Source of the DNA: Octopus vulgaris
Taxonomy: Eukaryota
Assembly (NCBI GenBank): GCA_951406725.2
Contig: OX597832.1
Location: 58,900,001-58,964,000 of the forward strand
Direction: 5' to 3'
DNA length: 64,000 bases
Shown here: positions 1 through 12,336 of the stretch, in pieces
Numbering within the stretch: position 1 is the first letter of the stretch
How the letters are laid out: each line of letters begins with the position of its first letter
The notes under the pieces: generated by a model
The model's input: the letters and a program-made list of their open reading frames with translations, nothing else
Databases searched by the model: none
Told to the model about the DNA's origin: nothing
Translations under genes and position numbers: made by a program

Positions 1-243
1 TTGTCCTGTAGCGGATCGATCCCAAAATCTAATCAGTTGGATCATTCTGTATTTAGTCCCTTGTGGGTAATAAAACAAATTGATCCCAAAATCTAATCAG
101 TTTGTGCCAGTCATGAGGTGAAACGTCCCTGAAAGTTTCACCCGAATCCCTCTTGCTGATCTTGAGATATCTTGCCCACGGACAAACAAACAAACGAACA
201 CGACTGAAAAACAATACCTCCCACCTTCGCTGAGGCGGAGGTA
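1..243 (-). mobile_element. Non-autonomous Helentron/HINE-like (DINE-1-type) element end, truncated by window edge
   Basis: Minus strand begins TTACCTCCGCCTCAGCGAAGGTGGGAGGTATTG (subterminal hairpin), followed by a (GTTT)n microsatellite and a GAAACTTTCAGG segment. This architecture resembles HINE-type elements; the family call is by recall only. Confidence 0.45.
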
Positions 244-669
244 ACTAGTACTGATTTTGTCGATTCTAAAGGAATCATTAAAGGGACTCCCGACATGCTA
301 GAAACAGTAACCAAAGAAATATACACTGAATCACACTTTGCGTTTCTTTTAATGTTTATCTTTTGGGCTGATTCTGTCATTGGAGTTCAGCCTTGCCGAG
401 CTCCTTCTCGAGAAATGTAGCTGAACAAAATGGAGCCATTGATTATTTACTTATCGAACCTATGGGGATGTAAAGAAACAAACACTGACCAGTTGTCAAG
501 CACTGGTCGAGTATAGACACCAATACACACACATATACCCTCACATGTACACAGACACACGTATTGAAACACACACCTACATATATATGTGTGTGTGTGG
601 TGTGTGTACGTATGTATGCATCTATATCGCCAGTGTATAATATATCCAAAAGAGAAGCACATTGTAAGG

Positions 670-978
670 CAATGGTTCCCAAAGTGGGTGGTATTGCCCC
701 TTGGGGGTGGTGGAAAGTTCCAAGGGCGCATTGAAAAAAATGGGGCGGGAATGGGGTAGCGATTAATATAACAAGTGGGGTGATAATGGGGTAGCGATTC
801 ATATAAAAAAAAACAAAATAATGGGTTCATTAGATTAAGATTTATTTGTAAAATACATTTGCTTTGAATTTGCTTCCGAAAGAGGTCTATGTTTGTGATG
901 GTTAGTTGGGGTGGGGGCGCTAGGAATGTAGGCCGGGCGTCTAGGGGGCGGCAGCCCTAAAAAGTTTGGGAGCCACTG
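670..978. mobile_element. hAT (Charlie-like) MITE
   Basis: TIRs CAATGGTTCCCAAAGT (670) and AAGTTTGGGAGCCACTG (ends 978). The 8-bp flanks TTGTAAGG/CTCTAAAG match 5/8 and fit a decayed NTCTARAN-type hAT TSD. No ORF. Confidence 0.7.
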
Positions 979-1118
979 CTCTAAAGCATAGAACAGTGCA
1001 GTAATTCCTCGAGTATCGTGGACGTTACGTTCCAAAACCTCCCACAGAAATAATATGTATATATATATATATTTGTACATACATATACATACATATATGT
1101 ATCTACATATATATACAA

Positions 1119-1173
<55 letters not shown>

Positions 1174-1203
1174 CATACATACATACATACATACATACAT
1201 ACA

Positions 1204-1236
<33 letters not shown>

Positions 1237-1239
1237 GCA

Positions 1240-1435
1240 GGTTGTGTGTGTGTGTCTTTTTGTTTGACAAAAGGCGTTGGTTAATTTACGTCTCCGTAAC
1301 TTAGCATATCAGCAAAGGCCTCCAATAAATTAATACCAGATGTAAAAATTGGCACTTTGGTAGAATAGTTCTACTAAAACCCTTCAAGGTGGCGCTCCAG
1401 TGTGGTCACAAGACTGAAACAAGTAACGAATGAAT
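1240..1435 (+). mobile_element. SINE family A, degenerate 3' half
   Basis: TTTACGTCTCCGTAACTTAGC...AAGGTGGCGCTCCAGTGTGGTCAC...GACTGAAACAAGTAA matches the 3' part of full copies at 26426 and 62691. Confidence 0.7.
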
Positions 1436-1993
1436 AAAAAAAAACGATAATATATATATAGACAGAGACTGGATAGTTAAAACCGGTTATACAACCTAGT
1501 GAATAATTTAGTTTAATTTGATGGTCGAAACGCGGATGGGATGGCTTTGCCGTTCATGCTTCACGAGGTCTGTTATAATAAGAATTCCAAGACAATTCGT
1601 TAGACTATTATTATTAATTCAGTTTCCTAAACACGTCTGGTTTTGTGGCAGCGTGAGAAATCATTAAGAAAGAAATAAAATCGCTAGACCGATTCTAAAA
1701 GGTGCCTAAACTTAACTCCAATATTTATATCGATAAATGTGGCAACTTTAAACACAATGCTGATGGGGAGAATACATATTGCTTGATTGATTTTATTTTT
1801 TTCGTGGATTTTCGTCTTTTCGTCATCGTGAAAGAGGTAAGGTATAAACACATGTGATAAATATAATGGAGGAAGAGATCGATAAAACTGTGTCATAAAC
1901 AATTATAGTTTTCAGATAATCGATAATAGCACACACATTGTTTCGCTTTCCTTTGCCAACGAAGACGAAGATGCTGTTATATTTGCGCAAATT

Positions 1994-2003
1994 TATTATT
2001 ACG

Positions 2004-2059
<56 letters not shown>

Positions 2060-2091
2060 TACTACTACAACTACTATTATTATTATCATTA

Positions 2092-2165
<74 letters not shown>

Positions 2166-2221
2166 AGTATCATTATTATTATAATATTATTATTATCATT
2201 ATTATTATAATAATATTATTA

Positions 2222-2259
<38 letters not shown>

Positions 2260-2375
2260 CATTATTATTATTATCATTATTATTATTATCATTATTACTA
2301 TTATTATTATTATTATTACCATCATCATTATTATTATTATTATTATTATCATTATTATTATTATTATTATTATTA

Positions 2376-2410
<35 letters not shown>
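1994..2410. repeat. (ATT)n compound microsatellite
   Basis: Direct tandem trinucleotide array. Confidence 0.97.
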
Positions 2411-2412
<2 letters not shown>

Positions 2413-3029
2413 GTAAAGGAAACTGATGTAATCCCAGAACACTCTCACGTTTATTTTTAATTGAAATGACAAAAGGATGTTTTATGGCTGCGACCTAAGC
2501 CGAGGATTGTGATTGTGATTATGATGTTTAGTGCAGTATGGTGGTTTGAATTTTTGTCTATTTTTGAAACCGAAGAGAAACAAAGACAAAAAACAAACAA
2601 ACCAAAACAACAACAACAACAACAACAACAACAAAAAAGCAGAATATTAAAAGAAACTAAAACGGCTTGCTTCTATTCACATATATTCTAATTATATATC
2701 TTTATTATATGCAACACTGCAAACGCCGCCCAGGTCTGTTGAACATGTTGTTTAAAATCGTTCATAGATAACTGGAAACTGATAAATCACGATATACAAT
2801 TATTCATAGGAAGCGAACGCAGAAAAGAAAGAAAATAGGAAAAAAAAAAAGAAAAAAGTAAGGCAATATAAATGAAATTAAAACAAAAAATTATCGATGG
2901 AGAATCAAAGCAAAAAGATTTTTTTTTGTTTTTGGTGTTGGTATTTTTATCTTTTTTAGCTTTTGCGAAAACACAATCATAATATCTGTTGTTTTTACAA
3001 TTAAGAGCATATCCACCACACCTCCACTA

Positions 3030-3285
3030 TCATCACAGCCATTATTATCATTATCGTCATCATCATCAACATCATCTTCATCATCATCATCAGCATCGGC
3101 ATCAGCATCACCATTATCAGCGGCAGCATCATCTGCGCCTTATCGTCGTCATAATCATCGTTAGCATCATCATCATCACCATCATCATCATCAATATCGT
3201 CATCGTCGTCATCATGACCAGCTTCATCATCGTCACCATGATCAGCGTCATCATCGTTAGCATCACCAGTTTCATCATCATCATT

Positions 3286-3321
<36 letters not shown>

Positions 3322-3455
3322 GTCGTCGTCGTCGTCGTCGTCATCATGATCATCATCATCAACATAATCGTTGTCATCGACATTGACATGATCATCACCA
3401 ACATCATCAGCAGCAGCAGTGTCAGCATCAGCGGCCTCATCATCACTGTCATCAC
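3030..3455. repeat. (ATC/GTC)n degenerate microsatellite
   Basis: Direct tandem array; explains the poly-H/I/M ORFs. Confidence 0.93.
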
Positions 3456-3800
3456 AAATTATTATATCTTACACATGCGTACTTCTATGCTGAGGTAATA
3501 CATTTTTACTGGAAAATATATATATATTCGAGACGTGTTTGTGTGTATGTATGTGTGTGCCTGTGTATGTGTGTGTGGATGAGTGCATAAATATAAGTGT
3601 GTGTACATGCGCGTATATATGTTTGTGTATGTGTGTCCGTGTGTGTTTGAATGTGTATGGTGGTATGAATCGTCACGGTTTGACGAACATCTGTACGTGC
3701 TTACATTGTGTAATATTTTATGTTTCGAGCCATAGAACCTTGTTATATAACGATAATTGCTGCACAGATGTATATAAACATATGGTGCCGTTTCATACAG

Positions 3801-4070
3801 GAACTGCCAACCGAATTACATCATATAATGCTAGACTTACACAAGAAAGTGAAAACGTTTTTGCTTCCAATCACTAAGTGTAGATGTCCAGATGGATGGA
3901 CGTCATACAACGTTAGACACAAGGCAAACATTAATCTGACAAAAACGTGTTATCGCACAGCAGATGAAGAGAAGAAACACGGAACACCATATTGGTTTTC
4001 ACGTCCAATGATTATGAACTATAGCGACAGGAGCTTTGAGAGACATATATTGTATGAAGAATATATATAA
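3801..4070 (+). CDS. Candidate terminal coding exon of an unknown protein
   Basis: Acceptor TTTCATACAG| at 3800, then 89 non-repetitive codons (ELPTELHHIMLDLHKK...KCRCPDGW...HILYEEYI) to TAA. No family recognised. Confidence 0.3.
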   Translation, partial: ELPTELHHIMLDLHKKVKTFLLPITKCRCPDGWTSYNVRHKANINLTKTCYRTADEEKKHGTPYWFSRPMIMNYSDRSFERHILYEEYI

Positions 4071-4112
4071 TTTTTACTATATATAAGATTTCGAACTAGT
4101 GCATTCAATGTA

Positions 4113-4658
4113 CGAGGGTGAGTCAAAAATAGATCCATTTTGCTTAGGACAGGTATAGTTACCAACAGAGGAACATATATCATACATCAAATTGAAGCTG
4201 GTACTCTGTGGATCACACTCCTACTTCTCAATATAGTCACTGTTTCTCCCAATAGCAATGTTTCACCTTCGAATGAGAGCATGTATCCCTGCTCTGAAAA
4301 ATTCTGTTGACTGTTCTTTGAGCCACTTCTTCACTACAGTTTTCCTTCCTCGTCACTGGAATAATCTTTGCCTCTCAAACCCTCTTTTATAGCGCCGAAG
4401 AGATGGTAGTCTGAAGGTGCTAACTTATTCCAGTGACGAGGAAGTAGCTCAAAGAACAGCTAACAGAATTTTACGGGGCAGGAACACATGCTCTTATTTG
4501 AAGGCGGAACATTACGATTGAGAGAAACGGTGGCTATGTTGAGAAGTATGGATGTGATTCACAGAGAACCAGCTTCCTTTTGATGTATGATACATGTTCC
4601 TGTGTTGGTAAGTATACCTGTCCTAAACAAAATGGCATTACTTTTTGAGTCACCCTCG
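4113..4658. mobile_element. Mariner-derived fold-back MITE (two inverted transposase 3' ends)
   Basis: TA flanks at 4111-4112 and 4659-4660; TIR CGAGGGTGA(G/C)TCAAAAA. Arms ~4113-4363 and ~4424-4658 are inverted copies. Minus strand from 4423 reads LAPSDYHLFGAIKEGLRGKDYSSDEE (mariner D34D motif region); the plus arm reads LKEQLTEFYGAGTHALI*RRNITIERNGGYVEK. Confidence 0.88.
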
Positions 4659-4909
4659 TATATCATGCAGTTCGTGTTAGGTAATCTTTACAAGCTAGTA
4701 TTACAAGAAATCTATAATATTTTATATTGCGTTATCGTATTTAGAAAATGTAAACTAAGGCCCAGAACTCTTGAGTTACAACAAATATGTTACAATGCTT
4801 ATCGTGTTAGATTATATACGACAAATCTTACGCACACTGAATTGTCGTAACATAACAGACGCTAGAAATACAGAATACATATTGTATGATATATAATAAA
4901 TCTTTTCAG

Positions 4910-5053
4910 CACATACATACACACATAAATACATACATACATACATACATACATACATACATACATACATACACACATGCATACATACATACATACATAC
5001 ATACATACATACATACATACATACATACATAAATACATACATACATACATACA

Positions 5054-5084
<31 letters not shown>

Positions 5085-5085
5085 G
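4910..5085. repeat. (TACA)n microsatellite
   Basis: Direct tandem array. Confidence 0.97.
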
Positions 5086-5600
5086 TATATATGATGCAAC
5101 ACGTATTAACGAGCGCAATATACATAAAGTTAAGTTTCGCCCACATACATATACCATACATATTCACATTGCTTGCTCACACACACAGACACACACATGT
5201 GCACACACCACGTGAAAAAGCACATACGAAACGCACACATACATACCCGTTACAAACGCACACACACAGACATACACTCACACACGTCAGAATCACTGAC
5301 GCCGGTTCACACAACATACTTACACACTCACACACAGCATTTTAACACACACACACATGCTCACGCACTTTGTCGTGTTGGGATCACTAGCACTATAATC
5401 TCCATTTCATTTAAATACTTTATTATTATTATTTCCCTTTCTTTCAAACTATTTTTACCAGTGATTCGCCATATTGGATCGCTGAACTCTACCCGCTTTT
5501 TTCATTCTCTCTCTGTTTCTTTCCTCTTATTCAATTCGAAAGGTAAGAGAATTTTCATCTGTTCCCGTGTGTCAAAGTAAAACACTTGTTGTTCCTACAC

Positions 5601-5803
5601 CTTTTACTTGTTTCAGTCATTTGACTGCGGCCATGCTGAAGCACCACCTTTTTTTAGTTGAGCAAATCGACCCCGGGACTTATTCTTTGTAAGCCCAGCA
5701 CTTATTCTATCGGTCTCTTTTGCCGAACCGCTAAGTGACGGGGACGTAAACACACCAGCATCGGTTGTCAAGCAATGCTAGGGGGACAAACACAGACACA
5801 CAA

Positions 5804-5890
<87 letters not shown>

Positions 5891-6055
5891 TACGTCAGGC
5901 TTCTTTCAGTTTCCGTCTACCAAATCCACTCACAAGGCATTGGTCGGCCCGGGGCTATAGCAGAAGACACTTGCCCAAGATGCCACGCAGTGGGACTGAA
6001 CCCGGAACCATGTGGTTGGTTAGCAAGCTACTTACCACACAGCCACTCCCGCGCC
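5601..6055 (-). mobile_element. SINE family A, full length, with internal (TA)n
   Basis: Minus strand has a tRNA-like head with A box TGGCTGTGTGG and B box GGGTTCAGTCCC, an internal (TA)n(TG)n tract, and tail CAGCATGGCCGCAGTCAAATGACTGAAACAAGTAAAAG. Many copies in the window. Confidence 0.9.
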
Positions 6056-6134
6056 TATGATATATATATTCTTTTATTATTTTACTTGTTTCATGTCAGT
6101 ATGAAATTATTTCGAGATTATTTCTTTTTTTCTT

Positions 6135-6490
6135 TCCTCTTGTCTCAGTCATTTGACTGCGGCCATGTTGGAGCACCGCCTTTAGTCGAGTGAATCTACC
6201 TCAGGACTTATTCTTTGTAAGCGTAGTACTTATTCTCTCGGTCTCTTTTGCCGAACCGCTAAATATCGAAGACGTAAACACACCAATATCGATCGCCAAG
6301 CGATGATGGGGGTGGGTGGGACACACACAGACACACAAACAGTTACATATTTCAATTTCCGTCTACCAAATCCACTCACAAGGTTTTGGTCAGCTCAAGG
6401 CTATAGTAGAAGACACTTGACCAAGGTGCCACGCCGTGGGACTGAACCAGGAACCATGTGGTTGGGAGCAAACTTCTTACCCCTGAGCCT
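6135..6490 (-). mobile_element. SINE family A
   Basis: Colinear with 5601-6055, with a shorter microsatellite. Confidence 0.85.
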
Positions 6491-6505
6491 ATAATCGAAA
6501 CTTGA

Positions 6506-6878
6506 GTGGAGACGCAATGGCCCAATGGTTAGGGCAGCGGACTCGCGGTCGTAGGATCGCGTTTTCGATTCCCAGACCGGGCGTTGTGAGTGTTTATTGA
6601 GCGAAAACACCTAAAGCTCCACGAGGCTCCGGCAGGGTGGTGGTGGCGATCCCTGCTGTACTCTTTCTCTCACTCTTACTTCCTGTTTCTGTTGTACCTG
6701 TATTTCAATGGGGCCAGCCTTGTCACTCTCTGTGTCACGCTTAATATCCCCGAGAACTACGGTAAGGGTACACGTGTCTGTGGAGTGCTCAGCCACTTAC
6801 ACGTTAATTTCACGAGCAGGCTGTTCCGTTGATCGGATCAACCGGAACCGTCATCGTCGTAACCGACGGAGTGCTTCC
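6506..6878 (+). mobile_element. SINE family B (tRNA-derived), full length with TSD
   Basis: A box TGGCCCAATGG and B-box-like GTTTTCGATTCCC. Near-identical to 23002-23385. 11-bp TSD AATCGAAACTT at 6493-6503 and 6883-6893. Confidence 0.9.
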
Positions 6879-7329
6879 TCTCAATCGAAACTTATAACAT
6901 CACGTTGCTTTTCTAGAGTAATGATAATCCAAAATTATAAAACGATACGAATATGTGTGTGTGTGTGTGTTTGCGTGCCTGCGTGCGTGCGTACGTGTGT
7001 GTGTGTGAACATGATGTCATTTATGCCTATGCGTGTGTTTGCCTTTATACCAGCCGACCACCTCCATGACGTTTGGCAACAGGTGACGTTTTGTTTACGA
7101 TCTTGTAATTCGGTGATTTGAAGAAAGACCCCCATTGAAGATACTCGACTTAAAAAAACCCATAAGTACTAGGTTGGATTTGTTCGACTTAAACTTATTC
7201 AAATTTACTTTCACGCCGGAGTATAATGATTGAAATGAGTAGAAGAAGAATGGTGAAGTAAAGGATTACATCTGTTCCACAAAGAAAAATATGGAAATGT
7301 TACAAACTGTGGTTTTAATAAAAATATGC

Positions 7330-8545
7330 TTTTCTACTCTAGGTACAAAGCCCGAAATTTTGGGAGAGGAGGGCCTGTCGATTAGATCGACTCCTGTACG
7401 CAACTTGTACTTAAATTATCTACCCGAAAGGATGAAAGGCAGTGTTGACCTCAATGGAATTTGAACTGAGAACTTACAGACAGAAGAACTACCTATTTCT
7501 TTACTACCCACAAGGGCTAAACACAGAGAGGACAAACAAGGACAGACAAACGTAACGGGAGACGAAATACCGATAAGCATTTCTCCCCGCGTGCTAACGT
7601 TTCTTATTTCTTTATTGCCCACAAGGGGCTAAACATAGAAGGGGCAGACAAAGACAAACAAAGCGATTAAGTCGATTACAGCGACACCAGTGCGAAACTG
7701 GTACTTAATTTATCGAGTCCGAAAGGATGAAAGGCAAAGTCGACCTCGGAATTTGAACTCAGAAGGTAACAGACGAAATACCGCTAGGTATTTCTGCTGG
7801 CGTGCTAACGTTTCTGCCAGCTTGCCGCCTTAAAGAATCATTTCTGTTTTAGGCAGATTAGTTCGACCCCAGTACACAACCGCGAAAGATGATAGGTAAA
7901 GTCGACCTCAGCGGAATTTGAACTCAGAACTCAAAAACAGTCGAAATACCGCTAAGCATTTCGCCCGGCATGATGTTTCCTGCCAACTTGCTACCTTAAA
8001 GAATTTTTCTAATCTAGGCACAAGGTCCGAAATTGTTGTGGAGGGAACCAGTCGATTAGATCGATCACTGTACGCAACTGGTACTTAATTTATCGATCCC
8101 GAAAGGAAGAAAGGCAAAGTCGACCGCGGCGGAATTTGAACTGACATCGTAAAGACAGACAAAATACCTATTTCTTTACAACCCACAAAAGGCTAAACAC
8201 AGAGAGGACAAACAGGGACAGACAAACGGATTAAGTCGATTACATCAACCTCAGTTCGTAACTGGTACTTAATTTATCGACACCGAAAAGATGAAAGGAT
8301 GTTACAGTTTGCAAAGTAGAAGAGGGGTTAGGTTTGTGTATCGTATAACTACGATGCAATTGATTTCACATTTGGCACAAGGCCAGCAATTTTGGGGGAG
8401 GGGATAATTTGATTTCATCGACCTCACTGTTCCACTGGAACTTATTTTATCGATCATGAAGGGATGAAATGCAAAGTCGACTTCGGCAGAATTTGAACTC
8501 AGAACGTAAAGACGGACGAAATGCCGCTAAGCATTTTGTCCGGCC
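7330..8545 (-). mobile_element. Cluster of about 5-6 SINE family C units
   Basis: Repeated core GAAAGGATGAAAGGCAAAGTCGACCTCGGCGGAATTTGAACTCAGAA (reverse complement carries B box GAGTTCAAATTCC) at ~7430, 7725, 7890, 8105, 8460. Confidence 0.88.
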
Positions 8546-8799
8546 TACTGGAAAGGGAACTATTAAGCGCCATGAGTTTTAAAATTAGATAAAAAGGAAC
8601 AATACGAAATATCCTTTTCTAATGGAAATAACATACTGTCTTCTTTATGTTAAAGTATTTTCTTGGGGGATTGGGGTGCCCAAGGAACTCCAAGAGCATT
8701 TTCTCGTTTTCCATGTCGGCTAAACGATCGAAATTTTAATATTGCCTTGAAAGGAACCTCTTTCTGTCAAGTGCTGGAGAAAGCAGTTTTTGAAACCAA

Positions 8800-8915
8800 G
8801 TGTCAATTCAATTACATTGACCCCAGTACCAGACATGGAACTCAGCCGGGATATGAACTCAGGTGTAAAGAATCGGAAACGCTATCATGATTTCTGTCCG
8901 ACGATTCTGCAAGCT
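8800..8915 (-). mobile_element. SINE family C, highly degenerate
   Basis: ATTACATTGACCCCAGTAC...GATATGAACTCAG...GATTCTGCAAGCTC similar to family C. Confidence 0.5.
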
Positions 8916-9604
8916 CATAGGGTTAACGTTGAGATATTTCAAAAATAAAGCAACATAAATGGCAGATATGTGTAAATGTAAAAGAGACGTTTCGTATGAT
9001 TACGGAAATAGAGAAATATATATATGCAAAGTTATCTGAATATTAACTAGGAAAGCACATTTAACATTTGGCAAATGGTTATTTTTATAATTTTCTTCTT
9101 CTAATTATATTCTACGAATAATGATTTCGTAAAAGTTTGGATCAGAACTCGATAAAAAATAAGTGAAAGGGAAAAATAAAGAAAAAATTTAAAATAGAAA
9201 ACATATCTAAGATATGAAATCCATTTATATAACAAGGCATCTATATGAAACCGAAACCATGAGAGAGCGCGATAGAGGAGGAAAGTTTACACGCAATAGA
9301 GATAAACAAAAATAGAAAGAGAGAGAGAGAGAGAGAGAGAAGGAGCACCGGTCTGGAGAAAGAGAGCGAGAGAGAGCGAGTGAATGATAAGAGAGAATGT
9401 GATCGGAGTAAACAGGTTTTGAATAAGAGTTAGGTTTCTTCCTTGTGTATTTTTGCAACTTGCTGAGAAGACTCAAAAAGAAACCATCTGTTGCAGTTTA
9501 ACAGAAGTACAACACGTTTCTTACATAACTGACGTACATAGAAGATATACACAGCATATATACACACACACAATATACATATATATATATATACATATAT
9601 ATAA

Positions 9605-9644
<40 letters not shown>

Positions 9645-9860
9645 TATATGTATCAATATATGCAAGCTTGCGTTCATGTCTGAATAAATGAGTGTGTATG
9701 AGTGTCTGTCTGCAGAGGGAGGAGAATATCTGTGCGTGTGAGAATGTGTCTTGTCTATATGTATATGTGTGTGTTTTATGGAATGACGGGGGGTGAGGTT
9801 GGGGTCGGAGGGGGGCGTTGTGTGAAACGAAGAATTTCATGTTATCAATAATTAGTAATC

Positions 9861-9898
<38 letters not shown>

Positions 9899-10176
9899 GA
9901 TGCATGCATAGATGCATGTGAGAATGCATCTAATTCTCCCATAGGATATGTTGAACATCATGCATATACATTCATACATGAATATTTTGCACATGTAGTT
10001 TGATGCATATATGCATGTAGATATGTTTATAAATACACACGCACACAAATATATATATATATATATATAATATATATACATATATATATGTATATGTATA
10101 TTTGTATATACTTATATATTTATGCATATACACATGTTGTATGCTTGATCGCTAATACATTCTTACCGATACACAC

Positions 10177-10227
<51 letters not shown>

Positions 10228-10417
10228 CATATAACTACATAGATAATTAGGTAATTGAATGCTTTGGTACAGTTACACGCACACAGGTGTGTGAGTGTGT
10301 GGGTGGCTGTATATACACACACACATATATATATATGTATGTATGTTAACACACACGCACGTACATATATTCATATATATATATTTATATACATATAGAT
10401 ATCTATGCCTTTATATA

Positions 10418-10460
<43 letters not shown>

Positions 10461-11216
10461 TAACAAATGCTTATATAAAGATAACTAAATTGCATATATA
10501 TATAGATATATATATATATATATATATACATACATAAATGCATACATACATACATACATACATACATACGTATGTACATACATATGTATATATTTATAAT
10601 TGCATATATACATATATATACATAATTGCATATACAGAAATGTATGCATAGAAAGTTTCCTCCTACTCTCTCTCTCTCTCTCTCTCTCCCACACACTTTC
10701 TCTCTCTCTCTCTGTCTCCCTCACTGCGTATATGTGCGTGGGAACTTAAAAGGAGAGTAAATAAACGACATGTTCCTAATGTGTTTACCAGGTTAAAATA
10801 ACCGTGTGTACTCAGAGCAAAGAACATACAAAGGAGCGCACCGACATTTACACAAGCACATACACACACACAATCACCACCATACACACACACACACGCA
10901 TTCAAATATACACAACCTTCAACACACACACACGCACACACACACATGTATACATTTGTACATAATCGAATACCTAGGTATACATATACACGAGTAAATA
11001 GATAGTGGTATATATTTTATGTCCATGTACGCGTAGATTCATGAAATTTAACTACATACCTCTACGCAAATATTTGCATATAAACATATACATGTATACA
11101 CAATAAATCGTACAGCAGTGAAATTATTTGATAGATATATTTACACATTGCTCATAGAGCGTTGCCAAAATATACATACGTCCGTACAAACACATTATAT
11201 ATTGCTACAAACATAC

Positions 11217-11259
<43 letters not shown>

Positions 11260-12336
11260 TACATGCAGACATCAGAGTATGTATATGCATATATATACAT
11301 GACATATTTGCTCAAAATAATTTACCTAAACCAGAAACCACATATATAAATATATGTACGATTGTATGTGTGTATGTATGCATGTATTTGTATGGCAATA
11401 CTGTTTCCATACGTATGCACACATTCATGTGTATATATATATGCACTATGCGAGAATGTTTAAGTAATTGCGGTATGTATTGATTTTTTGATGTTGCACA
11501 GTTGTTTGTATTGATATCGATAAATTTGTTGGTTTTTGTTCGATGAGTCTGTTGGCAGTAAATATACGAAGGCGGTTCTTTCAGAATTCGAACCTAGGCC
11601 AAAGGAGTTCAAGAATGTTAATCATTTAAACAACCCATTTCTAGATGCTTCATATTGATTTCATTCGAATATAAGCATATTGATTTTTCAGCATTGAATA
11701 TTTGGTTCAAATTTTGGTGGATTTTTATGTTGTCGACTCAGGAATGGTGAAATTCAATAGTGACCTCACCGTGATTTGAACCCAAACCTTCAGTATAAGT
11801 AATTACAAACCACAAGTTTTCTCTTCCAGGCCACTCTGTCGCTTCAGCCAAATATCCAACTTTCAACATCACGAATATTTACTATGCAAAAACAGATACT
11901 AAGTACCTGTTTCCAAGTTCAACAGGTTCCTTATATAGAATTTCCCTGAAATCACACCCTGTCGTGAGAAACAACGCAGGAGGATATTGAGTAGTATAGT
12001 TTTAGCTACAAAAATACAGCAAAGAACAGGCTGGGATAGTCACTCCTGGAACGTCTGTAATCATATATACTAGGTAATTGATGATCGGAGATAACTATGT
12101 ACAACACACATATGATTTAGTTTTTTTTACACTTTCAGTCCAACAAATAGGGCGGATTATGAGGAATTCCATGCGCTTTTTATATTGCTAGTATGTACGT
12201 ATTTTATTGAATGCTAAATAAATGAAAATCAAACCTCACTTTCGCGAGAACTTCGTATTTATGTACATAAATATCGATTATTTAGAGTAAACAGTAGAAG
12301 TTCTACATATATTAATATTAGAAAATGAAGTCATGG

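Noticed and set aside
377-420. Minus-strand terminal exon candidate TFLEKELGKAELQ*
   Set aside because: Good acceptor, but too short to distinguish from chance and all three frames are equally plausible.
6506-6590. tRNA-like sequence (also 23002-23080)
   Set aside because: A/B boxes continue into a SINE body with a TSD; no complete cloverleaf or acceptor stem.
6590-6832. Recurrent ORFs MFIERKHLKLHEAPAG (also 23086) and GFFQFP/LLSVSVYQIH-type peptides
   Set aside because: Translations of SINE families B and A; recurrence reflects repeat copy number, not a gene family.
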